Positions 8,938 to 18,496 of a stretch of DNA of 26,393 nt are shown one piece after another. The DNA is taken from contig JBHLOY010000020.1 of assembly GCA_048939995.1 (NCBI GenBank), positions 1-26,393 on the forward strand, given 5' to 3'. Origin of the DNA: Promethearchaeota archaeon. GTDB taxonomy: Archaea > Asgardarchaeota > Lokiarchaeia > Sigyniarchaeales > SOKP01. Position 1 is the stretch's first letter, and each line of letters starts with the position of its first letter. A model generated the notes under the pieces. It worked only from the letters and a program-made list of their open reading frames with translations, was not told the DNA's origin and ran no database searches. A program made the translations under genes and the position numbers.

Positions 8938-9756
8938 CTATAGAACATCAATGACTTTCTCAATCTTTTTTATCGATTTACTAACAAAATTCTTATTTGT
9001 TATAGTTAGTTTGATAGCTTTTTGAGGGCAAATTTCCACACAGCGTCCGCAACCCCTGCATTCCTCGCTGATTTTTGCATGCCCATTATTATCCAAGTAA
9101 ATTGCATCAACAAAACATACATTACCTAAACATGTGCCACACCCAATACATGCTTCAGTTACTTGTACTATAATTCCCGGCATTTTCTGTACTTTTGATC
9201 CAATTTTAGGAGCTAATACTGGTGAAACTCTCCATAAACAACAACACGGGTCACAATTACAAATTGATAGGAGTTTATGTCCTGGCTTTACCCCTAACCA
9301 TTGTTTATCTAATAAGTTTCGGCCAATCATATGAACTAAACCTGCCTCTTTACATTTTCTTATATGCCTTAAGGCTTCTTCTTTTGAAACCCTTCTTCCA
9401 AGTTGAGGATTAATCCCTAAAACTGCCTTTCCTAAGAAAAGACAGCCCAAAGACCGAGGATAATCATTGCATTGCATAGACTCTCTACAAATGCAGAAAT
9501 TCATAATCCAATGATATTTAGATTTGTTGATAAAATGCTCTAGAACCTTAGAGGGTAATACTATGTCAGGTTGTTTTTCAATCTCTTCATTTATTTCAAT
9601 AATTTTATCTAGGGGTAAATATATGATTTTATCCCCTTTAAATAATAAAAAATCAAAAATCTTGCCTAGAATAGGAACCCTAGTTAATTTTGCGATGAAT
9701 TTAACATTAGGAATAGCTTTCTTTAACAATTGAACAAACCATAGAGGGCGTGCCAT
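8938..9756 (-). CDS. 4Fe-4S binding (ferredoxin-domain) protein
   Basis: CICRESMQC, ICNCDPCCC, and C-terminal CIGCGTC...C / CRGCGRCVEICP clusters. Confidence 0.85.
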   Translation of the reverse strand: MARPLWFVQLLKKAIPNVKFIAKLTRVPILGKIFDFLLFKGDKIIYLPLDKIIEINEEIEKQPDIVLPSKVLEHFINKSKYHWIMNFCICRESMQCNDYPRSLGCLFLGKAVLGINPQLGRRVSKEEALRHIRKCKEAGLVHMIGRNLLDKQWLGVKPGHKLLSICNCDPCCCLWRVSPVLAPKIGSKVQKMPGIIVQVTEACIGCGTCLGNVCFVDAIYLDNNGHAKISEECRGCGRCVEICPQKAIKLTITNKNFVSKSIKKIEKVIDVL

Positions 9757-9923
9757 TGAACGTTACACCTAATAAATTAAGAAAAAATGCTTAGTGTAGT
9801 TATAATTTAAGGTTTTACTTCTAATATAATTTTATTTTTTAAATTTCAGTTATTTATATCAACTTTAAGATAATTTTATATAGTTTAGGGATGTAAGTTT
9901 TATTTATTTAAGGTGATTTAAAT

Positions 9924-10886
9924 ATGAATATTGATCTTAACCTTTTAAGGAATTTAGAGAAATCTATTGATACTGTACATCCAGAAAAGGGGAAGATTCC
10001 GATAAAAATATTAGGTTTTGGGGAAATTAGCTTAGTTTTTGAAATTTTAGATGATCCGAGGCACTTAGCTTATAAGAGAATTCCAATTTTTGACAATGAA
10101 CAACAAGTTAAACGCCATATATGGGCTTATAATAAATATAATCAATTACTTAAAGATAGGGTGGGATTGAATATTCCTGATTACGATGTCGCTTGGTTTA
10201 AAGACCACAAAGACACTATTCAGTTCTATTGTGTTCAGGAGAAAATTGATTCAAATTCAGTAGGAAATAGAGTGATTCATTTACTTAACAACGAGGATAT
10301 AAAAACCCTCGTCCTTCTAGTTATGAAAGAATTAAAAAAAGTATGGGAATTTAGTAGAAACCATAGAATTTTTGATTTAGGACTTGATGGGCAAATTTCT
10401 AATTTCGCAATTATTAATTATGATATAAACCATCCAAGAGTGAATAAAGATACAATACTATACTATTTAGATACAAGTACACCAATGTTCAGAATTAACG
10501 GGAAAGAGGCTATGCAAGCAGAACTTTTTCTGAAAAGTGCCCCCTCTTTTTTAAGATGGTTATTAAAAGCCCTTTTTCTTGAAGAAACGGTCGGTAGATA
10601 TTATGATTTAAGAAAAGTTTCTATAGATCTCATAGCCAATTTCTTCAAAGAGCAAAAAGCTGAATTAATTCCTGACCTCATTAAACTTATAAACAACTTT
10701 TTTAAAGAAGAGGCAAACCTATTTGACATTGAACCTATAACTCTTGAGGAGGTTCAAAAGTACTATAAAAGTGATAAAGATATGTGGGTAATTTTCCAAA
10801 GTGTGAGGAGATTCGATCGTTTCCTTAAAACAAAATTATTTAGAAAAACCTATGAATTTTATCTTCCCGAAAAAATTAAACGCTGA
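9924..10886 (+). CDS. DUF6206-like protein with probable protein-kinase-like fold
   Basis: ILGFGEISLVF, AYKRIP, GLDGQISNF and YLDTSTP recalled as DUF6206 motifs; AGGTGA RBS upstream. Confidence 0.6.
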   Translation: MNIDLNLLRNLEKSIDTVHPEKGKIPIKILGFGEISLVFEILDDPRHLAYKRIPIFDNEQQVKRHIWAYNKYNQLLKDRVGLNIPDYDVAWFKDHKDTIQFYCVQEKIDSNSVGNRVIHLLNNEDIKTLVLLVMKELKKVWEFSRNHRIFDLGLDGQISNFAIINYDINHPRVNKDTILYYLDTSTPMFRINGKEAMQAELFLKSAPSFLRWLLKALFLEETVGRYYDLRKVSIDLIANFFKEQKAELIPDLIKLINNFFKEEANLFDIEPITLEEVQKYYKSDKDMWVIFQSVRRFDRFLKTKLFRKTYEFYLPEKIKR

Positions 10887-10944
10887 TTTCTTTTCTATTT
10901 TTTCTTAAGTAAAATTCAAATTCTCACCAAAACTGGTTGTGATT

Positions 10945-12087
10945 ATGGCTATTACACCAAAAGTATATTTTTCCTCAAATGTCTTTTCTCCATCAGAGAT
11001 GGGTTCTAATAGTAAAATTGATCAAGACAGTAGGGAAAAAATTAAATCGCTTTGGAGAAGATTAAATGACTTAGCAGAAGTAAAAATGTTTGAAGGCAGA
11101 TTTCCTAAGAAGACTGAACTTCAGAAGAATATTCAAGAATTTAATCCTGATATAATAGGATGTCATTTAAGCCATAACATTTCTTCAGATATTCTAATGA
11201 ATTCAAACATCTTTGCAGTTTGCACTGCCACTGTCGGATATAATCATATACAAAAAACAGAAAAGGATGACATTATTATTACCCACACTCCAGGAGTACT
11301 TCACAAAACAGTTGCTGATTACACTATTGCATTAATTATGGCAAATTTAAGAAATATTATTGACCTTCATAACTATGTATGGAATGGCAAATGGTCATCA
11401 ATGGATAGATGGGACTTAGATCAAAATTTAACCTCAACTATTTCTAATAAAATCATTGGTATTGTAGGTTTAGGAGAGATTGGCAAGGAAGTAGCAAGAA
11501 GACTATACAATTGGAATTTAAGGATATTTTATTATGATATAAATCGTATGGATGAATTTGAAAAAAGTTATCCTAACATTGAATTTAAAGATAAATTAGA
11601 AGATCTATTTAGAGAAGCAGATATAATAACACTTCATATTCCATTAAATAAATACACAGAAAAGATTATAAATAAAAATTTATTAAAATTGATGAAAAGA
11701 GATGCCCTTTTAGTAAATACGTCTAGAGGCCAAGTACTAGATTTTAATGCATTATTAGACCTTTTAGAAGAAGGAGAAATTAAAGTTAATTTTTCTGTTG
11801 ATGTCTTTCCAATTGAACCAATTGAACCAGAAACTTTAAGCAGAATTAAAAATGTTAAAGAATTGCATCCCGAATTAAGAATTTTAGTTATGCCTCACAA
11901 TGCGAGTGCGGATGCTAAAACTCGAGCTAAAATGCTTATAATGTTCTTAGAAGATATTATTTCTATTCTTGAATCAAAAAGTATTAATGATTTTAAAAAG
12001 GTTCATTTAATTCCAGAACAAAAAAGTAAAATATCAAAGAAAGATTGGAGAATATATTCATATTGGAATAGAATGAGAGAGGATTGA
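10945..12087 (+). CDS. D-isomer-specific 2-hydroxyacid dehydrogenase (glyoxylate/D-glycerate reductase-like)
   Basis: VGYNHI, ITHTPGVL, IGIVGLGEIG, LHIPL, LVNTSRG (Arg), DVFPIEP (Glu), MPHNAS (His). Start is GTG 10939 or ATG 10945. Confidence 0.88.
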   Translation: MAITPKVYFSSNVFSPSEMGSNSKIDQDSREKIKSLWRRLNDLAEVKMFEGRFPKKTELQKNIQEFNPDIIGCHLSHNISSDILMNSNIFAVCTATVGYNHIQKTEKDDIIITHTPGVLHKTVADYTIALIMANLRNIIDLHNYVWNGKWSSMDRWDLDQNLTSTISNKIIGIVGLGEIGKEVARRLYNWNLRIFYYDINRMDEFEKSYPNIEFKDKLEDLFREADIITLHIPLNKYTEKIINKNLLKLMKRDALLVNTSRGQVLDFNALLDLLEEGEIKVNFSVDVFPIEPIEPETLSRIKNVKELHPELRILVMPHNASADAKTRAKMLIMFLEDIISILESKSINDFKKVHLIPEQKSKISKKDWRIYSYWNRMRED

Positions 12088-12093
12088 AAGATT

Positions 12094-12666
12094 ATGATTC
12101 GAACGTTTATAGCAATAGAGTTAAAAGATGAAACAACTATTCAAAAAATTCTATCATTTAATGAAAGGTTAAAACAAAACCAACCGAAAATTAAGTTCGT
12201 TGAACCGAAAAATTTACATATTACAGTAAAATTCTTAGGAAATATTCCTGAATCATTAGCTCCAAAAATTTATGCCATTTTAAAAGAGGAAATAAATGCA
12301 CCTTTCTTTAAAGGAAAAATCGTTGAATATAAACTGAAAGGTATTGGTCAATTTAATCGCTATTCAGTATTATGGATCAAACTCATAGGTGATATTAAGT
12401 TTTTACAAGATATTAAAGATAACATTGAGGATTTACTAAACCAGAAATTAAATATCGCACGAGATAGACGAAAACAATTTACTGCACATTTGACTATTGG
12501 GAGGTTAAAGTCCAATCATATTAATTATAAGAATTTTGATACATTTAAGAGAATAATACATGAAAACAAAAATCTCGAATTTGGTATTTTTAATATAAAT
12601 GAATTAAAACTAAAAAAGTCAGAATTGACTCCTCAAGGGCCAATTTACTCGGATTTGGTTTATTAG
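12094..12666 (+). CDS. thpR: RNA 2',3'-cyclic phosphodiesterase (2H phosphoesterase, LigT-like)
   Basis: MIRTFIAIE, LHITVKFLG and AHLTIGR (two HxT motifs), KSELTPQGPIY. Confidence 0.92.
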   Translation: MIRTFIAIELKDETTIQKILSFNERLKQNQPKIKFVEPKNLHITVKFLGNIPESLAPKIYAILKEEINAPFFKGKIVEYKLKGIGQFNRYSVLWIKLIGDIKFLQDIKDNIEDLLNQKLNIARDRRKQFTAHLTIGRLKSNHINYKNFDTFKRIIHENKNLEFGIFNINELKLKKSELTPQGPIYSDLVY

Positions 12667-13362
12667 ATGTCAAAAATACCTATTAAGGCAATAGTGTGGG
12701 ATTTGGATGGAACATTAATCCACTTTAAAATTGACTTTATAAAAGCACGAAAAGAAGCTATTAAAGTTTTCATTAAGTATGGAGTCCCTAAGAGACTGCT
12801 TAGTACAGAGTTTAAAGCCTTAGATAATGTTCAAATTGCTAAAGATTATTTTACATCAGAGAACTTATCTGAGTTTAAAGTGAAGAAAATAATGAGTGAG
12901 GCAAATATAGTTATAGCTAAAGTAGAATACGATGCTGCTATAAATGCTATTATGGTGAAAGGAATAGATAAGGTTTTAGAATTCGTTCAGAAATTCAATC
13001 TTAAACAAGCAATTTTTACGTATAATACAAAAGAAAATGCTGAGATCTCTCTTGAAAAAGTTAACCTCTTACACTATTTCGAGGTAATTATAGGCCGCGA
13101 TAATATAGATAACCCAAAACCACATCCAGATCATTTAAATCTTATCTGTAACAAACTTTCTGTAAAACCTTTAGAAATTGTTGTTATTGGTGATATGGGA
13201 AGAGATATTGAAGCAGCTTTAAATATAGGAGCCCATTCCATACTTATCTATACAAAATTATCAAATTACTTTGCTTCAAATCTTTATGACAAAGCAGATA
13301 TAATAATAAAACCTAATGAAATTCCTGTTAAATTAATTAAGGCAATTAAGAATTTAATGTAG
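12667..13362 (+). CDS. HAD-superfamily hydrolase (phosphoglycolate phosphatase-like)
   Basis: WDLDGTL, KPHPD, IGDMGRDI motifs; starts directly after the thpR stop codon. Confidence 0.88.
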   Translation: MSKIPIKAIVWDLDGTLIHFKIDFIKARKEAIKVFIKYGVPKRLLSTEFKALDNVQIAKDYFTSENLSEFKVKKIMSEANIVIAKVEYDAAINAIMVKGIDKVLEFVQKFNLKQAIFTYNTKENAEISLEKVNLLHYFEVIIGRDNIDNPKPHPDHLNLICNKLSVKPLEIVVIGDMGRDIEAALNIGAHSILIYTKLSNYFASNLYDKADIIIKPNEIPVKLIKAIKNLM

Positions 13363-13456
13363 AAATAAAAAAAATTATAAATAGAATTCAAACTATTAAT
13401 GACATAAATTTATTTTAAAATACAATTTTATTATAAAAAGGGTTTAAGTTTAAAAA

Positions 13457-13717
13457 ATGGGAAGAATAGAATTTGACCTTGATGTACTAAAGCCACATCA
13501 ACCAGATAATTTTGACTTAGCGAAAGCTCTGGAAGAAATTCCGGGTGTAAAATTTGTACAGATTAAAGTTGATGAGATTGATCAGAAGACAACCTCAGTT
13601 TTCATTACAGTAAAAGGAGATGATGAACTTTCGTTGGATACTCTCAAAGAGGCTTTAGAGGATATGAACTGCGCTTTACACAGTGTAGATAGAGTTCAAA
13701 TTGATAAAAGAACCTAA
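13457..13717 (+). CDS. DUF211 family protein
   Basis: LDVLKPHQP...GV..V.I.VDEID...ALHSVD signature. Confidence 0.8.
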   Translation: MGRIEFDLDVLKPHQPDNFDLAKALEEIPGVKFVQIKVDEIDQKTTSVFITVKGDDELSLDTLKEALEDMNCALHSVDRVQIDKRT

Positions 13718-13737
13718 TTTTTAGGAAGAAAATTATA

Positions 13738-14100
13738 ATGTCTCAACAATCATCTCCAAAAGTATTAAAAGTGTTAGAAGAAAAGGGGGAAATCCCTGAT
13801 GAATTAGATTACGCCCTAATGATTTATTTATTACAAAATCATGGTCCTGGTTATACAGCATGTCAACCTAAATTAGTAGAGTTAGAAAATGCTAAAAAAG
13901 CAATAAAAATGGCTATCGATCATACTTTCATCGATAAAGATAATAGACCAATGGGACTAGGTATCGTTGGAAACTTAATTATAGATTATGATACATTAGA
14001 AGTCATATATTGTACACCAACTGAAGAATTGGAGAGCAATATTCAAAAATTAAAGCAATCAGGAACTCAACCGCAACCTCGACCAAAAGGAAAGTACTAA
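13738..14100 (+). CDS. Hypothetical protein
   Basis: 120-aa ORF in an operon-like run with normal composition; no motif recognised. Confidence 0.7.
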   Translation: MSQQSSPKVLKVLEEKGEIPDELDYALMIYLLQNHGPGYTACQPKLVELENAKKAIKMAIDHTFIDKDNRPMGLGIVGNLIIDYDTLEVIYCTPTEELESNIQKLKQSGTQPQPRPKGKY

Positions 14101-14182
14101 GCAAAAATTTAATTTAAGATGATTGCGGTTTTTATTTTGAAAAAAATTTATTTTTAATGTCATTCTAAAAATATCAAAGAAG

Positions 14183-14713
14183 ATGGCAGTTGAAGAAAGT
14201 AAAATTAAATATTTAATCCGGGAATATTTATTAGAAGAAGGTTTATTAAGACAAAATTTACCCGATAGCGAACAAAAACTAGAATTTGGGTTTCGATTTG
14301 TATTTCCTCCTACTCCCATTGGACAGAAAATGATTGCTTTAAAACCAAAAAATAAAAATCTAATTGTAATATCCAATCCAATCCAAATATCTCCTGAACA
14401 TGTCACAGCTTTAAATGCTTTGAAAACCAATAAAAAAATGCGTTTCTTTATGGATTTGAGAAAATTTTTCCTCGTAAAGGATGTTTTCTTTAGAATTGAT
14501 ATCCAAAATTATCGTTATGAGATTAGCGATCAAATATTTCTTAATGATGATAATTTAATTTCAAAAAATGATTTTTTTAAAAGTATACGTAAAGTATTCA
14601 CTTGCTCAGCATATTCTAATATGATCCTGAATGAATATTGTTCCTCAACAATGAAACCAGAAGATTTCCCCAAATCTAAGGATTTTAACTCAAATTTTTC
14701 ATTATATTCCTAA
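14183..14713 (+). CDS. DUF2299-like hypothetical protein
   Basis: I.EYLLEEG start, F.F.FP, ISPEH..AL, F..DL and IF.D pattern resembling archaeal DUF2299. Confidence 0.55.
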   Translation: MAVEESKIKYLIREYLLEEGLLRQNLPDSEQKLEFGFRFVFPPTPIGQKMIALKPKNKNLIVISNPIQISPEHVTALNALKTNKKMRFFMDLRKFFLVKDVFFRIDIQNYRYEISDQIFLNDDNLISKNDFFKSIRKVFTCSAYSNMILNEYCSSTMKPEDFPKSKDFNSNFSLYS

Positions 14714-14726
14714 TGGGTGAGTCATA

Positions 14727-15245
14727 ATTTTTAAAAAATGGCTACGTGCTCTAGGAAAACTTGAATATATCCAAGGAAAAAATAGACCAAATGTGGAGTG
14801 TATCCTTTGCTCTGTAAGAGATAATGAGGAGAGTGTGAGGTCATTAAAAATTTATCACGATAATATTCTTTTCATATCTTTAAATCTTTATCCATATAAT
14901 CCAGGTCATCTGATGATCGTTCCAAATAAACATATTACTCAATTCACAGAGTTATCAAAAGAAGAAATAATCCATTTAATGAGAACAGTTCAAGGCACTC
15001 AAATGCTTTTGGATCATATTTATATTCCAAAAGGCTATAATATCGGAATTAACCAAGGAAATATAGCTGGAGGGAGTATAGAACATTTACATGTTCATGT
15101 TGTGCCTCGTTATAGTTCGGAATTAGGTTATATAGATATTGTGGCTGAAACTAGGGTTGTTCCAGAAGGTTTAAATTCAGTAAAAGAAAAATTAGAGCAA
15201 AATATTAACAAATTTTTGAACCAAAAATTTTTTGAGAATTTTTAA
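14727..15245 (+). CDS. HIT family nucleotide hydrolase (Ap4A phosphorylase/FHIT-like); start probably ATT 14727 or ATA 14724, first canonical start GTG 14793
   Basis: CILC, LNLYPYNPGHLMIVP, GYNIGINQG..AGGSIEHLHVHVVPR. The in-frame upstream extension KKWLRALGKLEYIQGKNRP follows a GGTGA RBS at 14716-14720. Confidence 0.88.
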   Translation: MFKKWLRALGKLEYIQGKNRPNVECILCSVRDNEESVRSLKIYHDNILFISLNLYPYNPGHLMIVPNKHITQFTELSKEEIIHLMRTVQGTQMLLDHIYIPKGYNIGINQGNIAGGSIEHLHVHVVPRYSSELGYIDIVAETRVVPEGLNSVKEKLEQNINKFLNQKFFENF

Positions 15246-15256
15246 AAATTAAAAAT

Positions 15257-15264
15257 AAAAAAAA
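15257..15264 (-). terminator. Possible oligo-U terminator of the histone gene
   Basis: T8 tract on the minus strand about 30 nt past the histone stop, in the convergent HIT/histone gap. Confidence 0.35.
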
Positions 15265-15292
15265 TAGATCAGTAAAAATTAATTGCACTTAA

Positions 15293-15532
15293 TTATCGAG
15301 TAGCATTCCTTACATCAGCTGCAGTTACTCGCTTTCGTTTATCCTTTTTGCAAATTTCTAAAGCCATCTTAGTTGTTTCAGCAGCCTTTTTCTCGAGAAA
15401 TCCTATAAGTTTATCTAATGCTTCGGCGGCAACTAGATCTGCTCCTTCTTTTTTCATCAACCTTCTAATAGGCGCCTTTGCAATATAAGTCTCGCCCTTC
15501 TTAGCTTTTGGTGCAGCTTTCTTTTTAGCCAT
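15293..15532 (-). CDS. Archaeal histone with short Lys-rich N-terminal tail
   Basis: IAKAPIRRLMKKEGA..VAAEA...A.E.T..A......KRKRVTAADV histone fold; GGAGG RBS at 15546-15542. Confidence 0.92.
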   Translation of the reverse strand: MAKKKAAPKAKKGETYIAKAPIRRLMKKEGADLVAAEALDKLIGFLEKKAAETTKMALEICKKDKRKRVTAADVRNATR

Positions 15533-15612
15533 AATTTTATTCCTCCACTTACTTTTTTATTATATTCTTGTTTTTTTTTGATTGATAATTAATATTAACT
15601 ACTCATTTCTCT

Positions 15613-15620
15613 TATATAAA
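15613..15620 (-). promoter_or_regulatory. Putative TATA box of the histone gene
   Basis: TTTATATA on the minus strand about 80 nt upstream of the histone ATG. Confidence 0.45.
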
Positions 15621-16200
15621 TGTTATGTTTCGAAATAGTACTTTAAGCAAATTCTGTTAATTGGATTTTTTAGATCTAAAAGGTGCTAAATATATTTAGA
15701 CCGACAAAATAGCATCAATAAAATAAATTTTTAAATTTTATTAAATAGCAAATAAATTTTTACCGATTTCTTATATTTACTAGATATTAATTTCGACAAG
15801 ATCTACTAAATCTGTATTATAACAAATTATATAAGATAAAATTTTGAAGTTAATCAAAAATTTGAAAATTGCAATATTCTAAGATTTTGGAGATATTTTT
15901 ATTTCCAATAACTTAATCGAATAAATTACTATTTTAAATGGAATTTCGAAAGTAAATTAATATTAAAGGTACCTTTTCTGCTAAATCTTTATTTCAAACT
16001 TCAGATTATAAACAATTGAAAAATATGATCCCTAAATTTCCATTTTAGGTAATCTCTTCTACATTGATGAATATAATTTGAAATGTAATGATTCATACGT
16101 TTATTTGAAACTTTTTAGTTTTATTCTAGAAAATAAAATTAAAATATAAAATATTAGATATGTTATACAAGAGAAATAAATATGCAAAATAGGATGGATT

Positions 16201-17049
16201 TTGACCGATAGCCTAGAGAATCCTAATGAATCTGATATTGAAGATGCTTTGCAAACACTCGGATTTACTAAAAATGATTCTAAAGTGCTCATTACTCTTG
16301 CAAAATATAAAATTCTTAGCCCAGCAGATATTGCTAAGTATTCTGGAGTAGATAGGGCAAGAGTGTATGATAGTCTTAATAGGCTAATAGAAAAAGGTTA
16401 CATTCAAAAGGAACCTGTTAAACGTGGTGCAAATTATCAAATTATTCCCCTTGAGACTATATTTAGATCAATCCGAGAGGACTATAAAGAAAAAATTAAT
16501 GATACTATGATTATTGAAAAAGCGATTAGCGAATTAGAAATCGAAACAGATGAATCAGAACCGCGGGTATGGGCAATAAGCTCAAGAGAAAAAATCAGAA
16601 AGAAAATTAAGGAACTCATTGAAGCCGCAGAGGCACGTATCTACTTTATAATAACTCCTGACTTATTAATGGAAGAATTAGGAGGTTATGAATGGATCTT
16701 AAAGTTACTTTGGAACAAAAAGTTTTCCTCAAATATTCAAATGGTTATTGCATTAAAATATTTTGAAACTCTTAAGGAGGAGATTAAAAAATTACTGAAA
16801 ATATCGGTTACCATTCATTCAATAGAAGGCGATAGTGTAATTCCTTTTGGGTTACTAATCACAGATAATGATTTTCTGCTAACAACCTTAGATCAGGTGA
16901 CTGAAGCACCTGAATATACTACAGGTTTGTGGTTAGAAAATGGCCTTCAAAAACAAATAGTAGGTTATGAACACCTTTTCAAACATTTTATTAGCTCAGA
17001 ATGTAAAGAAATTAAATTAACAACTAAAAAAGTATCACCAACACCATAA
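16201..17049 (+). CDS. TrmB family transcriptional regulator
   Basis: LQTLGFTKNDSKVLITL...ADIAKYSGVDRARVYDSLNRLIEKGYI HTH followed by a TrmB-type effector domain. Confidence 0.9.
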   Translation: MTDSLENPNESDIEDALQTLGFTKNDSKVLITLAKYKILSPADIAKYSGVDRARVYDSLNRLIEKGYIQKEPVKRGANYQIIPLETIFRSIREDYKEKINDTMIIEKAISELEIETDESEPRVWAISSREKIRKKIKELIEAAEARIYFIITPDLLMEELGGYEWILKLLWNKKFSSNIQMVIALKYFETLKEEIKKLLKISVTIHSIEGDSVIPFGLLITDNDFLLTTLDQVTEAPEYTTGLWLENGLQKQIVGYEHLFKHFISSECKEIKLTTKKVSPTP

Positions 17050-17131
17050 AATTCCAAAAAAATATATATAACACAATTTTTAATTAATTACAAGATTTTG
17101 GCGGTTTTATAAAGAATCTGGGGTGCTTAGT

Positions 17132-17689
17132 ATGAGTTATAGGGGTAAAGCATTAATGGTTGGATCTCCTAATGTTGGAAAAACAAGTCTGTTAGCTCGA
17201 TATGTAGACAATAAATTTAGTGATGTATATCACCAAACAATAGGAGCGAATTTCCTGATTAAAGAAATTGATTTGACCAAAATAATTGATAATGTTAGGA
17301 TTGAAAACCCTGAACTACGGCGAGATATTAGCCAAAAAGGTTTTAAGCTATACTTTTGGGACGTTGGTGGTCAACAAGATAAATTATTTGCCAATGAATA
17401 TTACTTTGTACAAGCAGTCGGAGCTATGGTAGTTTTTAGTTTAAATTCTTATGAATCGTTCAAGGATCTTGACTTTTGGATATCAAAATTGAGGGAATTA
17501 AGTGGAGAGGTTCCATATATCCTTGTGGGTAATAAATCAGATTTAAGGCAAGAAGTTGACAGAGAAATGGTTGAGGATAAAGCTAAAAAGTTAAACATAG
17601 AATACTTTGAGACTTCAGCGAAATTAAATAAAAATGTAGATTTGGCATTTGAAAGCCTCTCAATTCAAATTTTAAATAATTTAAGGTAA
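17132..17689 (+). CDS. Rab-like small GTPase (Ras superfamily)
   Basis: G1 GSPNVGKTS, G2 QTIG, G3 WDVGGQ, G4 NKSD, G5 TSAK; GGGGTG RBS before ATG 17132; no C-terminal Cys prenylation motif. Confidence 0.93.
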   Translation: MSYRGKALMVGSPNVGKTSLLARYVDNKFSDVYHQTIGANFLIKEIDLTKIIDNVRIENPELRRDISQKGFKLYFWDVGGQQDKLFANEYYFVQAVGAMVVFSLNSYESFKDLDFWISKLRELSGEVPYILVGNKSDLRQEVDREMVEDKAKKLNIEYFETSAKLNKNVDLAFESLSIQILNNLR

Positions 17690-17760
17690 ATTCATTTAAT
17701 CGAATTTATAAACTAATTTTAATTTAACCTAATATTGAAATTTGAATAAGTCAGTTCATA

Positions 17761-18480
17761 ATGAGTTTCTTATTAGTTCCAATAGCACCTTTATCAAGAA
17801 CAAAATCTCGACTTCGAGATTGTTTTTCAAAGCAACAACTTAAAGAATTAACTATTGCCATGTTCAAAGATTTAGCTGTTAAACTAGAAAAAGTAGATTG
17901 TTTTGATCATAAAATTATCTATTGTAATAGCACTGAAATTCTAAATTTAGCCTCAGAATATGGGTTAATTTCTATTAAAGAGAAACTCACTAAGCCTAGA
18001 AAATCATTTGATAAGGTTATTGGCGATTTAAATCACATTGCTATTAAAGACTATAATGCAAAAAGGACAATTTTTACTTTTTTGGACATAATATTAATTT
18101 CTGTTGAAAATTTTTATGAAATCGATGAACTTGTTAAAAGAAATCAATTGGTTGTCTGTCCTGCTATCCATTCAGCTGGCATATCTTTATTAGGAAGAAA
18201 TCCTCCAGATATAATCCCTACTTATTTCTCAGAACCAGATATCCCTTCTTTAGTAGCTCTATTAAATAAAGCATATGAAAGTAAATTAAAAGTTGAAATT
18301 TATGATTCATTTAGAGCTGGTTTTGACATAGATATAAAGCAAGATTTAGCCCTTGCTTCCGAATATTTAAAAATTCTTAACTTAACTAATACTGAAACAT
18401 ATAAATTTCTAAAAAAGAATCTAAATCTTTCATTAAGAAAGAGGAATATAAAGAACAATAGAGATTTTGAATTAAAATAA
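17761..18480 (+). CDS. cofC: CofC-like 2-phospho-L-lactate/PEP guanylyltransferase (F420 biosynthesis)
   Basis: LLVPIAPLSRTKSRL...AMFKDL N-terminus, VVCPA..AG..LL, FDIDIKQDL. Confidence 0.78.
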   Translation: MSFLLVPIAPLSRTKSRLRDCFSKQQLKELTIAMFKDLAVKLEKVDCFDHKIIYCNSTEILNLASEYGLISIKEKLTKPRKSFDKVIGDLNHIAIKDYNAKRTIFTFLDIILISVENFYEIDELVKRNQLVVCPAIHSAGISLLGRNPPDIIPTYFSEPDIPSLVALLNKAYESKLKVEIYDSFRAGFDIDIKQDLALASEYLKILNLTNTETYKFLKKNLNLSLRKRNIKNNRDFELK

Positions 18481-18496
18481 CTCAAACAATGAACTA

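Noticed and set aside
6564-9733. Short antisense ORFs 6564-6824, 8137-8337, 9134-9334, 9222-9413, 9524-9733
   Set aside because: Shadows of well-supported genes on the opposite strand, with no motifs
15533-16200. tRNA, structured ncRNA or replication origin in the long intergenic region
   Set aside because: No GC-rich stems, cloverleaf or ORB-like G-string repeats, and no adjacent cdc6/orc1
14059-18485. Antisense ORFs 14059-14430, 16101-16292, 18300-18485
   Set aside because: They overlap supported genes on the other strand and have no recognisable features
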